DNA of 64,000 bases from Octopus sinensis (Eukaryota): contig NC_043004.1 of NCBI RefSeq assembly GCF_006345805.1, positions 372,001 to 436,000 on the forward strand, read 5' to 3'. The notes under the pieces are model-generated. The model ran no database searches, was not told the origin of the DNA, and was given only the letters and a program-made list of their open reading frames with translations. Positions 52,010-64,000 of this stretch are shown here, in pieces. Positions within the stretch are counted from its first letter, which is position 1. The number at the start of each line of letters is the position of its first letter. Position numbers and translations under genes: made by a program.

Positions 52010-53465
52010 CCTTTAGTCGAGCAAATCGACCCCAGGACTTATTCTTTGTAAGCCTAATACTTGTTCTATCGGTCTCTTTTGCCAAACTACTAAGTTACTG
52101 AGACGTAAACACTCCAGCATCGGTTGTCAAGCGATGTTGGGGGGACAAACACAGGCACACAAACATATACATGCACACATACACAGATATATATATATAT
52201 ATACGACGGGCTTCTTTCAGTTTCCGTCTACCAAATCCACTCAAAAGGCTTTGGTCGGCCCGAAACTATAATAGAAGACACTTGCCCAAGGTGCCATGCA
52301 GTGGGACTGAACCCGGAACCATGCTGCAGCACCACCTTGAAGTATTTTTAGTCGAACGAATCGACCCCAATACTTTTTTTTTTAAAGCCAGGTTCTTATT
52401 CTATTGGTCACTTTGACCGAACAGCTAAGTTACAGGGATGTAAACACACCATCACCGGTAGTCAAACGGTGGTGGGGACAAACACAGACACAAAGATGCG
52501 CACACACACACACACACATAGATATTCTTTCAGTTTCTGACTACCAAATCCACTTGCAAGGTTTTGATTGGTTGAAGGTTATAGTAGAAGACACTAGCCC
52601 AAGGTAGGACTGAACCTGGATCCATGTAGTTGGGAGGCAAACTTCTTACCACCCAGCCACACCTGTGCCTATCTCTAAAAACTGCATTTTTTAAAAAAAA
52701 TATTCATTTAAGGAATTCAGAAGGCATAGGATTTTCGAGCAAATTCGACCCAGAGGCTTATCTTTGTAAAGCCTAAGACTTGTTTTCTATCGGTCTCTTT
52801 TGCCAAAAACTACTAAGTTACTGAGACGTAAAAAACACTCCAGCCATCGTTGTTCAAGCGCTGTTGAGGGGGACAAACACAGGCACTCCAGCAAACATAT
52901 AACGGCACACATACACAGAAGAATATATAATATTACGACGGGCTTTCTTTCAGTTTCCGTCTACCAAATCCATCAAAAGGCTTTGGTGGCCCGACGGGGC
53001 CCGAAACTATAATAGAAGACACTTGCCCAAGGTGCCATGCAGTGGGACTGAACCCGGAACCATGCTGCAGCACCACCTTGAAGTATTTTTAGTCGAACGA
53101 ATCGACCCCAATTTTTTTTTTTTAAAGCCAGGTTCTTATTCTATTGGTCACTTTGACCGAACAGCTAAGTTACAGGGATGTAAACACACCATCACCGGTA
53201 GTCAAACGGTGGTGGGGACAAACACAGACACAAAGATGCGCACACACACACACACACATAGATATTCTTTCAGTTTCTGACTACCAAATCCACTTGCAAG
53301 GTTTTGATTGGTTGAAGGTTATAGTAGAAGACACTAGCCCAAGGTAGGACTGAACCTGGATCCATGTAGTTGGGAGGCAAACTTCTTACCACCCAGCCAC
53401 ACCTGTGCCTATCTCTAGAAAACTGCATTTTATTAAAAAAAATATTCATTTAAGGAATTCCAGAA
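52010..53465. repeat. ~740-bp direct tandem duplication of a SINE-rich block
   Basis: ggtcactttgaccgaacagctaag occurs at ~52407 and ~53147. ORFs 52404-52607 and 53144-53347 are identical. Confidence 0.9.
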
Positions 53466-53470
53466 GGCAT

Positions 53471-53886
53471 AGGAGTGGCTGTGTGGTAAGTAGCTGGCTA
53501 CAAGCCACATGGTTCCGGGTTCAGTCCCACTGCGTGACATCTTGGGCAACTATCTTCTACTATAGCCTTGGGCTGACCAAAGCCTTGTGAGTGGATTTGG
53601 TAGACGGAAACTGAAAGAAGCCCATCATATATATGCATATACATACATATATATGTGTGTGTGTGTGCATGTGCATGTATATGTTTGTGTGTGTGTGTTC
53701 CCCCCCCACCATTGCTTGACAACCGATGCTGGTGTGTTTACATCCCCATAACTTAGCGGTTCGGCAAAAGAGACCAATAGAATAAGTACTAGGCTTACAA
53801 AGAATAAGTCCTGGGGTCGATTTGCTCGACTAAAGGCGGTGCTCCAGCATGGCCACAGTCAAATGGCCGAAACAAGTAAAAGAGTA
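53471..53886 (+). mobile_element. Full-length tRNA-derived SINE with central TA/TG microsatellite (most abundant SINE in the window, about 25 full or partial copies)
   Basis: Head AGGAGTGGCTGTGTGGTAAG..GGTTCAGTCCC, tail ACAAGTAAAAGAGTAA. Other copies include 1030-1400(-), 33735-34075(-), 51960-52340(-), 61215-61565(-) and 61569-61925(+). Confidence 0.85.
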
Positions 53887-54814
53887 ACGCATTCCGTTAT
53901 AATCATAATCTACGCCATCCGAAAGGTCTTTGTAGAAAATTTTTTCAAAAAAAACCCATTTTCAGAAAGATACAAGGAAACAAAATTGGGGAAGGGACAC
54001 AATTGTGTTGTTATGCCTACGTTTATTATTTATGCTGATACACAATTATGAAAAGACAAACTTTGAAAGACAGCCAATGATGGCATTAGGAAGGGCATCC
54101 AGCTGTAGAACATATGTCGAAACACAAATACAACCTAGGCAACTTTCCAGCTGGTCAGCTCCTTTCAAACTGTCCAACCCATGACAGCATGGAGAATGGG
54201 CATTAAATGATGTTTGAAAAATTATTGGGAAGTACCTGGAGGTTTGTAAAAGTAACAAATGCAGATCAGCATCTTTGAGGGACAAAATTCTCATCATGCT
54301 GCATCATCATTATCATCATCCTCATTATGAGTTCAAATTCCGCCAAGGTCAACTTTGCCTTTCATCCTTTTGGGGGTCAGTAAATTAAGAACAAGTAGGG
54401 TGCTGGGGTTGCTTTAATCGACTCTCCCCCTCCCCACAAAATCCAGGCCTTGTGCCTATAGTAGAAAGGATTATCATCATCCTCTTTTAATGTCCATTTT
54501 CCATGACCAGAGCTGGCAAGCCACAGAGCGACACTAAGTTCCAGTCTGATTTGGCGTGGTTTCTACAGCTGGATGTCCTTCCCAATGCCAATCACTCTAC
54601 AGTGTATGCCAGGGGCTTTTAACATGGCACTGTATGAGTGTTATGTGGCACAACACGAGCATTGTTACATGGCACCAGCCCGAGTGCTTTTTAGGTGGCA
54701 CAGACACTGGACTTTGCAAGCCAATCCTTTTTACCAGGGGTATGGCCTTTACACTTCTGCTGTGTAGTACAGGTCATCCTCAGTACAGCAAGATGCCAGG
54801 TATTTCTCACCTTA

Positions 54815-55050
54815 AGGCGGCAAGCTGGCAGAAACGTTAGCACGCCGGGCGAAAAGCTTGGAGGTATTTCATCTGCCGCTACGTTCTGAGTTCAAATTCC
54901 GCCGAGGTTGACTTTGCCTTTCATCCTTTCAGGGTCGATTAAATAAGTACCAGTTACGCACTGGGGTTGATATAATCGACTTAATCCGTTTGTCTGTCCT
55001 TGTTTGTTCCCTCTGTGTTTAGCCCCTTGTGGGTAGTAAAGAAATAGGTA
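54815..55050 (+). mobile_element. Full-length second tRNA-derived SINE family (GGCGGC.AGCTGGCAGAAACGTTAG head)
   Basis: B-box GAGTTCAAATTCC. Other copies at 31465-31695(-), 39895-40110(+), 40125-40325(+), 50905-51112(-) and 55630-55810(-). Confidence 0.85.
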
Positions 55051-55084
55051 TTTCTCTCCTTTGTCATTTCATTTGAAAGGCCCA

Positions 55085-55330
55085 GTACCCTGAGGTCGCC
55101 CTTCAGTACTCCATCCCATGTCTTCCTGGGTCTCCTTCTTCTACGTGTTCCACCTACTTTGAACGATCAGCATTTCTTTATGGAGCTGTTGGCATCCATC
55201 TGTGTTGCATGACCAAACAAGCACAGACTTCTCCCTTGTGCACAACATTGAATTCCTTTCATGCCTAACTTCTCTCTCACTACACTAGCACTCTGTCAAA
55301 CATAGACACTTATATTGCACATCCAGTGGA
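55085..55330 (-). mobile_element. RTE LINE C-terminal fragment
   Basis: The reverse complement resembles the GRPRKTWD region of the other RTE copies. Confidence 0.6.
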
Positions 55331-56229
55331 GCATATAAGCCTTGTTCCCCTCTTGCTAAACTAAGTTTATTGATACAGACAATGCCTTTTCAAATGGATA
55401 GGCCTCTTGTATCAACTAACTAAGATTTTGTTTGTCTATTTGGCCCATAAATGTAAAAATTTTTCCTCACTACTGATGCTTTTAGACTGTCACCCTAATG
55501 AAATTCCTTACACACATTGATACACATGCGCATCCACATGCACACACGCACATGCACACACACACATACACACACACACATACACACACACACACACACA
55601 TACACACACTCAGTGTGAGATATATATATATTTCTTTATTGCCCACAGGGAGCTCAACATGGAGGGGACAAAGGGATTAAGTCAATTACATCGACCCCGA
55701 AAGGATGAAAGGCAAAGTCGACCTCAGTGGAATTTGAACTCAGAACATAACAGCAGGCGAAATAGTGCTAAGCATTTCGCCCAGCATGCTAACGTTTCTG
55801 CCAGCTCACCGAGTGATATACATATACGCAGACTGAGAGAGAGTGTGGTAAATGTATATAGAGAGAGGGAAGCTTACAATGAGAAAAGCGAAAATGAAAG
55901 AGAGAGACGAATAGAGAGAGAGCGAGAGACCTTTTCAGTTGCTCTCATAGATTTTGAAATCTTTGAAATTAAGTGAAAATGTTTAAGCTTGTTATATTGA
56001 AGTACTTTTTCACACTGAATCTAATTTTGTAATTTATTTATTCCAGAAATGCTTTAGAAAAATGTTATAGTGGTTTAAAACTTTGATAATTTTTACTCAA
56101 TCCGAAAACAGGATTTGGAAGCTAGCATTATCTGCATGATGGCTGTCTATCATAAAATGAAACTAAACATTACAATGAAGTTTTAGACAAAATGAAAGCC
56201 ATTACCTGTCATATCAAGAGAGAGAGGTG

Positions 56230-57115
56230 GGAGTAACATGCATGAGAAATGCCTTTGGGAGCTCCTCTATGCTGATGACCTTGCTCTAATTGCTGAGTCA
56301 CTATCAGAACTAGAGAAGTTTCAGGTGTGGAAGCAAGGATTAGAATCAAAGAGCCTTAGAGTCAACCTAGCTAAAACCAAAGTTCTAATAAGTAGGAAGG
56401 CAGGCAAACCACAAATCCTTTCAGGTAGCAGGCCTGGCTCAATCTGTAGAAAAGGCATAGGTAGAAACTCTATAAGATGCACCAAGTGTAAGCTGTAGAC
56501 ACATAAGAGGTGCAGTAATATCAAAGGAAGGCTAACTGGGAAGATAGATTTTGCATGTGGCAGATGCTCAGGAGCAATAAACACTGAAAATGTGCAGAGA
56601 ACACCTTCTGTCACATTCCAGAAATAGTTGATAGCTTCTGTAACCTAGGTGACCAAGTCAGTAGCAGGGGTGGGTGCTCTGAAAGTGTAGGTACTAGAAT
56701 AAGAATAGCCTGGGAAAAGTTCACCTCTGCTGGTGACAAAGGGTCTCTCACTCAGAGTAAAAGGTAGACTGTATGACACATGTGTACAAACAGCCATGCT
56801 ACATGGCAGTGAAACATGGGCCGTGACCGCCAGATGTGTAATGTCAGTGTGCATACTCGACAAAGTGTAAGTGTCTTGAGAGAAAAGTTGGACCTAAGAA
56901 GCATCAGATGTGGTGTGCAAGAGAAACGACTGTGCTGGTATGGTCATGTGGTGAGAATGGAGGAGGATAGCTGTGTGAAAAAGTGTCACACCCTAGTAGT
57001 TGAGGGAACCTGTGGAAGAGGTAGACCCAGGAAGACCTGGAGACGAGGTGGTGAAGCACAACCTTCGAACATTACGCCTCACCGTGGCTATGACTAGTGA
57101 CCGAGACCTTTGGAA
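56230..57115 (+). mobile_element. RTE-clade LINE, degraded RT to C-terminus
   Basis: LLYADDLALIAES (the YADD catalytic motif), LRVNLAKTKV, then LRWYGHV and RGRGRPRKTW-type motifs in shifted frames. Confidence 0.9.
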
Positions 57116-58099
57116 TACAAAGAATAAGTCCTGGGGTCAATTTGTTCGATTAAAGGTGGTGCTCCAGCATGGCCACAGTCAAATCACAGAAAACAAATAA
57201 AAGAACACATACACACACATACTCTCTCATTTACATTTGTGTTTTCATGTTTATTCTTGTCCTCCCCAACCACGTGGTAACCAGTGCTGGTTTGTTTATA
57301 TCCCCACAACCTAGTGGTTCAGTAAAAAAGATCAATGGAATAAATACCAGGCTTGGTGATTAGTGCGGGATTCAATTTGTTTAACGAAACCCTTTGAGGC
57401 AGAGCCCCAGCATGGCCGCTGTCCAGTGAGTGAAACAAGTAAAAGACACATAATTATAATTATGATAGTAAGCCTCTTGCAGACCAAAACTTTGTAAGTG
57501 AAACTTGACCAATGGAAATTGTGTGAAAGACCACGGCGGGGGAAGGGGGTCTGCTTTTTGTTCATAGATTTAGTCTTTTGCTTGGTTTAGCATCATCTCT
57601 TGCCGCTCCGGTCTCTTCAGCAGAATCTACACTGCTTAAAGCATTTGGGTTTGGTCTCCAGTTTTAAAATTCCTGACTTCTTCCTTCCAAACTCCAAAAC
57701 ACTGGAACGGTCATAAGTACTGCCCTTCCCTCACTGACCATGCCTCAAAAGAAGAAAACATCTTTTCTTCTCAAACTTTAACCGATCCTTTAGAATCCTA
57801 TTTTCCAATCAAAACAAACTTTCCGCTGATTTATACACTCTTGTTTACAAACAGTGAACAGGAAAACAGTGTGTAAAATGGTGATATCTGGCGACATCCT
57901 GTTGACTTATGAAACAGTTACATGGCTGGTAAATCCTTTTATTCTTGGTTAACAAAACTGGTTTCTCCTTTCTTTACGTCATCATATCATCGTCCTATCT
58001 TCTTATCACTTTAATTGCAGAACTATCAGCCATAAACAAAACAAAATTATTATTTGTTTTTCAATCGTTATAACCCTTAAGTAGTGTGTTGTTATTAGA

Positions 58100-58262
58100 A
58101 CAGTTGTTGTTGTTGTTGATGATGATGATGCTGGTGGTTGTGGTGGTGGTGGTGACGACGATGATGATGATGACAATGATGATGATGATGATGATGGTGG
58201 TGGTTGGTGGTGGTGGTGGTGGGGTGATGGTGGTGATGGTGATGATGATGATGATGATGAGT
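58100..58262. repeat. Compound (GTT)/(GAT)/(GGT)n trinucleotide tract
   Basis: Direct inspection. It produces the poly-His/Ser/Met ORFs. Confidence 0.9.
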
Positions 58263-59299
58263 AGAGTTGATCAGAGGTACACTGGCACAGAGATAGCAGA
58301 TCAATTGCTGATGGAATCTCCTTTAGTACAGTACCACAGATACTGAACACAAGATGGGATGGGAGTGGGGTAGCAGGTCTGACGTTTAATCAATACTGTA
58401 ATGGTATTGATCTGGCTTTTGTTATCAACGATATGTTTTTCACTATTTTTGTTTTATTATTCTAAGTTCAAATATTGTCAGAATCAGTTTTGACTTCCAT
58501 TTTCACAAATGTTCCATATATTTTCAAGGTATACGAGAAAATGTTAAAATCTTTTCTTTTCTTTTGACTGCCGCCATGTTAGGGCACTGCCTTGAAGGGT
58601 TTTAATTGAACAAATCAAACCCAGGACTTTTTTTTTTAAACCTAGTACTTATTCTACCAGTCTTTTTTGCCAAACTGCAAAGTTACAGGGATGTAAACAC
58701 ACCAACATTGGTTGTCAAGTGGTGGTTGAGGACAAACACACACACAAAGTTATCATCATCATCATCGTTTAGCGTCCGTTTTCCATGCTAGCATGGGTTG
58801 GACGGTTCAACTGGGGTCTGTGAAGCCAGAAGGCTTCATCAGGCCCAGTCAGATCTGGCAGTGTTTCTACGGCTGGATGCCCTTCCTAATGCCAACCACT
58901 CCGTGAGTGTAGTGTGTGCTTTTTATGTGCCACCCGCACAGGTGCCAGACAGAGCTGGCAAACGGCCACGAACAGATGGTGCTTTTTATGTGCCACCGGC
59001 ACGGGGGCCAGGCGAGGCTGGCAACGGACACAAACGGATGGTGCTTTTTACGTGCCACCAGCACAAGGCCAGTCGGGGCGGCGCTGGCAACGGTCGCAAA
59101 TGGATGGTTCTCTTACATGCCACCGGCACTGGTAACACATCTGCAATTTCCATTGATCGATTTCGATTCTGATCCTCACTTGCCTCAACAGGTCTTCACA
59201 AGTAGAGTTTTGTGTCCCAAGAAGGGAAGGTATGCATATATATATTAAAAATGGGGAAAGCCGGTTTATGGGATTACCTTAGGTTTCCCATCCATAAAG

Positions 59300-60375
59300 G
59301 GTTTATGATTCTTTAAGGTTTGAATAATTCACCTCTGGAAACATAAGTGTTTCGTTCAGCATCATTCAACAATCCTTACTCAGAAACCCTTTGAGCAAGA
59401 TTGGCTAGTTGACCAGAACAAAATTCTAACAGAAACCCACCTGCAAGGTTATGTACTGTCTATCTTGATCATCATGTCATGCACATTTGGTTACAATGCA
59501 TGTGCCTGATGTACCTTTATCAGACAGGTAGTCATGATGGGTATACTGGGTTTTGTATATTTGTACCCTAAATATCACTTTGATGGCATGAGCAGTTCTC
59601 TCACTCAATAATAATATTCAATAACAGGTACTGGCTTGCATGGCATCTGATTTTAATTGATTTGTTTTGATATAAAAGATTGGATACAACAAATATTATG
59701 CTCAATAATGTAGATTTGCTTGTCAGTTGTTTTACCTTAACCGGTTGAGCATGTCCCCTAGTGGCTGACTTTATGTGCATCTCTGATTATAAGCAGAAGT
59801 AGGGGGCGAGTATCATAGCAATGTGTTGAGAGGAATTCTTTAAGGTTTGAATAAATCACCTCTGGAAACATGGGTGGTTCGTTCAACATACTTAAACAAC
59901 CCTTATTCAGCGACCTTTTGAGTGGGATGGGCTACCCAACCTGAAGAAAATTCTAACTGGGCCTCACCTGCAAGGTGTAGGTCAGGATTTGTGACAAACA
60001 AACTGTAGACAGAAACTTCACAGCAGGCTACCTAGGAAGTTGGTCAGCAGGAAAACAAAAAGGACTTCTGGGAAGAGAAGGAAAACCGAAGAATGAACAA
60101 AAATAACTGATGAATTAAGCCCTGATGTACATAAAGTAATAAACCTTTGGTAACTGTATTCTCGTCTCCACTAGTTTGTTTGTGTATAGCTTAACAAAGC
60201 TATAAAGGTCATGCACTGTTAATCTTGATATGAGATCACTATGTCATGCACAAATGTGCCTGGTGTACCCTTATCAGACAGGCAATCATGATGGGTATAC
60301 TGGGCTTCGTATATTTTACCCCAGTGTCACCTTGATGGCATGCACTGCTCTCTCACTCAATAATAATAATAATAA
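59300..60375 (+). mobile_element. Two diverged copies of an unclassified (AAT)n-tailed interspersed repeat
   Basis: ctttaaggtttgaataa.tcacctctggaaaca...ctctctcactcaataataat occurs at ~59310-59615 and at ~59835-60375 (the second has an internal insertion). Confidence 0.55.
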
Positions 60376-62524
60376 CAACAACAGCAAACATGCAGATTAA
60401 AAGTAAATAATAATAACGGTTTTAAATTTTGGTAAAAGGTCAGCTATCTTAGTGGAAAGAAGGATAATCAATTACACTGACCCCTAGATCTCAACTGATG
60501 CTTTGTTTTATTGACCCCGAAAGGATGAAAGCAAAGTCGACCTTGGCAGAATTTGAACTCAGAATATAAAGAGCCAGAAGAAATGCTGCTGAGTTTTTTG
60601 TCTCATACTCAACCAACTCAGCCAGTTCATTGACTTAACATCATCATCATCATCATTTAACGTCCGTTTTCCGTGCTAGCACGGGTTGGACGGTTCGACC
60701 GGAGTCTGGGAAGCCAGGAGGCTGCACCAGGTTCCAGTCTGACCTGGCAGAGTTTCTACAGCTGGATGCCCTTCCTAACGCCAACTACTCCGTGAGTGTA
60801 GTGGGTGCTTTTTACGTGCCACCGGCACAGGGGCCAGATTAGGCTGGCAAACGGCCACAAATGGTTGGTGCTTTTTATGTGCCACCAGCACGGAAGCCAG
60901 TCAGGGTGGTGCTAGTAATAACATAATTATTTCTATTATACACAGCAACTTTGAAGAGAAGGGGCAAGTTGACTGCATCAACTACAATCCTTAATTAACC
61001 TAACTAAGGGGCAATACCTCAGAGGAGTGATACGCAGGCTAAATACACATGATGTTGCCCTCACATATGTAACAGAGTGGATTGGACAACTTTGATTAAC
61101 TGAGATTATCCCTACAATTCATTAACAAAATCTTCTTTTAGAGGTATTTAGAATCTTAAAATCTTAGAAAAATAATAACAACAATCAAAGAAGATAAACA
61201 TTAAAAAAAAATCTCTTTACTCTTTTACTTGTTTCAGTCATTTGATTGTGGCCATGCTGGAGCACCGCCTTTTAGTCGAGCAAATCGACCCCAGGACTTA
61301 TTCTTTGTAAGCCTAGAACTTATTCTATTGGTCTCTTTTGTTGAACTGATGTAAACACACCAACATTGGTTGTCATATACACACATACATATGTATATAC
61401 ATATATACGATGGGCTTCTTTCAGTTTCCGCCTACCAAATCCACTCACAAGGCTTTGGTCGGCCTAAGGCTATAGTAGAAGACACTTGTCCAAGGTGTCA
61501 CGCAGTGGGACTGAACCCGGAACCATGTGGTTGGTAAGCAAGCTACTTACCACACAGCCACTCCTAAGCTGTGTGTTAAGAAGCTTGCTTCCCAACCACA
61601 TGGTTCTGGATTCAGTCACACTGTATGGAACCTCGGGCAAGTATCTTCTATTATAGTCTCGGGCTGACTAAAGCCTCGTGTGTGGTGTTTATTCGATGGA
61701 AACTGAAAGAAGCCCAGTGTGTGTGTGTGTGTGACCACTGCTTGACAGCCAGTGTTGGTGTGTTTACATCCCTATAACTTGGTGATTCAGCAAAAAAAAA
61801 CTCAATAGAATAAGTTCAGGGATCAAAAAAATAAGTCCTGAGGGGTTGATATGTTCGACTAAAAACCATTGAAGGCAGTGCCCCAGCATGGCCACAGTTA
61901 AATGACTGAAACAAGTAAAGGATAAAAGACCAACAATAAGGTTTCAGACATATGTGTGGCTGTGTGGTTTGGCTGTTCATTTCCCAACCACACACATAAA
62001 AAGCACCATCTGAACGTGGCTGATGCCAGCGCCGCCTTGACTGGCTTCTGTGACGGTGGCACGTAAAAAGCACCAACCGATCGTGGCTGCGGCCAGCCTC
62101 CCCTGGCACCTGTGCCAGTGGCACGTAAAAAGCACCCACTACACTCACGGAGTGGTTGGCATTAGGAAGGGCATCCAGCTGTAGAAACACTGCCAGATCA
62201 GACTGGAGCCTGGTGCAGCCTCCTGGCTTCTTAGACCCCGGTCGAACCATCCAACCCATGCTAGCACGGAAAACGCACGTTAAACAATGATGATGATGAC
62301 AGCTTCTGGTTCAATCCCATAGTGTGGCACATTGGACGTGATGACTTCTCCTATAGCTCCAGGCCAGTCAATGCCTTGTGAATAGCTTTGATTGGTAAAT
62401 TTCAGCAAATGTCCCACTCCATAATGCAGGGATTTTCATGAGACATGTAGAATGTAAGCACTCATACAAACACACGTGTCTTATTACAGTCAATCCATGT
62501 CACCACTTGCGAATATGGAAATGT

Positions 62525-62935
62525 AATAATAATGAAATTATAGTATACAGTGCTTAGATGCACCACAACTTGTCAAAAGTGTGTATAAAGCATATGCAGT
62601 AATGTCTGGGAAGTGAACAGTGTATGAGTCAGATACATGCTTGCATGTGTGTGGAGGAGAGAAAATGAGGTGTAGCGTTGGTGAATCTCAGGAAGCATGG
62701 AAGCTTTGAAGGATGCAGTGCTCCGACAACTAACAACTGATGCCGGCAGTTTGTTCCATACTTCAGCAACTCTTAGTGTGAAAAAATGTTTCCGAAAGTC
62801 ATGGGAGCAGTGCTATTTTTTTAACTTTGTAAACATGTCCACGGGTGTTAGACAGGTGGAGTTTGAAAAGGTGCTCAGAGTTATTGTTTGTAAGATGGTT
62901 AATAATTTTATGGGTGTCTGCCAAGTCAGACACCC
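62525..62935 (-). mobile_element. CR1-clade LINE 3' fragment (third copy)
   Basis: Reverse complement of the same 3' end (LADTHKIINHLTNNNSEHLFKLH). Confidence 0.85.
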
Positions 62936-64000
62936 ATAATGAAACACCTGGAAAGTTGTTGAACATAAGACCATTTGGAAACAAGATGTGGCTGTTATGA
63001 GACTAAATTTCTAATGCTGCTTAAATAATATATCCACTTTATTACTTAATATATGAATGTCTGTTTCTTTTTCTGGCCTCTGGACAGTTATTGGACAACT
63101 ATACATATTGTATGTGGGTGTATGAAGGTATGTGTATGTGTTTACGTAGATGCATTTGTGATTTGAAATAGGCCAAGAAGCCATAGGTTACAATGGACAT
63201 CGATTGAAAATAACTTCGTTTGTAAAAGTACACAAGGCGTGGGTTAAAAACGGATACTAAATCAATGGAAACTTTTGTTTTGGCTTTTCCTTTGCTTCTC
63301 ATAAAACTGTTTGCTTGTACTAGAGAGAGAGAGAGAGAGAGAGAGGTAGGGGGATGGATGGATGAATGAATATGTAAATAGACAGGTAAATGAATAGGTA
63401 GATATGAAGGCAGATACGCAGGTGAATAGACAAGTATGTAGAGACAGACAGACAGACAGACATATAGGCAGGCAGACATTGACAGATATAGTGAAAAGAC
63501 AGACGGATAGATAGACGGATGGACAGAGAGAGAGAGAGAGAGGTAGGGGATTGTTTTTTCATGAAAGAGTATGAGAATGAGACTGGGAGTGTGAGACATG
63601 AACTTAATTCTTTTCCCATTTTATTAATCTTCTTAACCTCTGTCATTGCTTTTCCTCCATCCATTTCCCTATACACTGATCTGATAGTGCTGGAGTTACC
63701 TTCCTTGGTTAATGTTGTGTTGTTTTTTTTTTTTAGATTTTAGGTACGCCTGGAAGAATTTTTTTTGTCTAATAATTGCAGGATAATGTTAGTTAATCCA
63801 AGTTTTTCAAACTCACTCTGTTATATATGTGAGGCTCTGCTATATATTCATTTGCTGTGTTTATTGTTCCCCCCAAGTGATTTTAATCTTAGTCATATTG
63901 TTATTTATAATCAGAGACAAAACACACTGGCATTACAGGGAGAATATAGCAGGGAGCAGAAGAACTGCACCAGGGGACACTAGCAGAAGTGATAGCACCA

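Overview
Repeat-saturated animal genomic DNA, not prokaryotic. It is AT-rich with long (TA)n/(CA)n/(GATA)n/(GAT)n tracts. The tRNA-derived SINE families and RTE/CR1/Penelope/mariner/hAT debris look like those of octopus (cephalopod) genomes; this taxon call is inference from recall, not a search. The one host gene I can support is an HTATSF1 (Tat-SF1/Cus2 family) orthologue on the minus strand. Five coding exons (42595-42440, 40540-40348, 36655-36453, 35015-34846, 32497-32401) splice in frame at GT/AG junctions to give 273 aa: N-terminus, RRM1 and the start of the UHM/RRM2. A probable promoter and 5' exon lie near 49.8-50.4 kb. I could not find the remaining 3' exons in the 32 kb downstream. 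The most unusual non-gene signals are: (1) Penelope-type minimal hammerhead ribozyme motifs, one near-canonical at 23937-23982 on the HTATSF1 sense strand and three degenerate; (2) three independent tandem expansions born inside the 3' tail of one RTE-type retroelement family (a 16-bp minisatellite, a 66-bp A/B alternating array, and a ~1.16-kb higher-order array); (3) closely spaced inverted SINE/Penelope pairs that could form dsRNA; (4) a possible uORF/start-stop element just before the HTATSF1 AUG. Parts of the window (11.6-14.3 kb, 51.4-53.0 kb) look like unpolished long-read sequence. Most ORFs in the supplied track are artefacts of repeats. Repeat boundaries are approximate.
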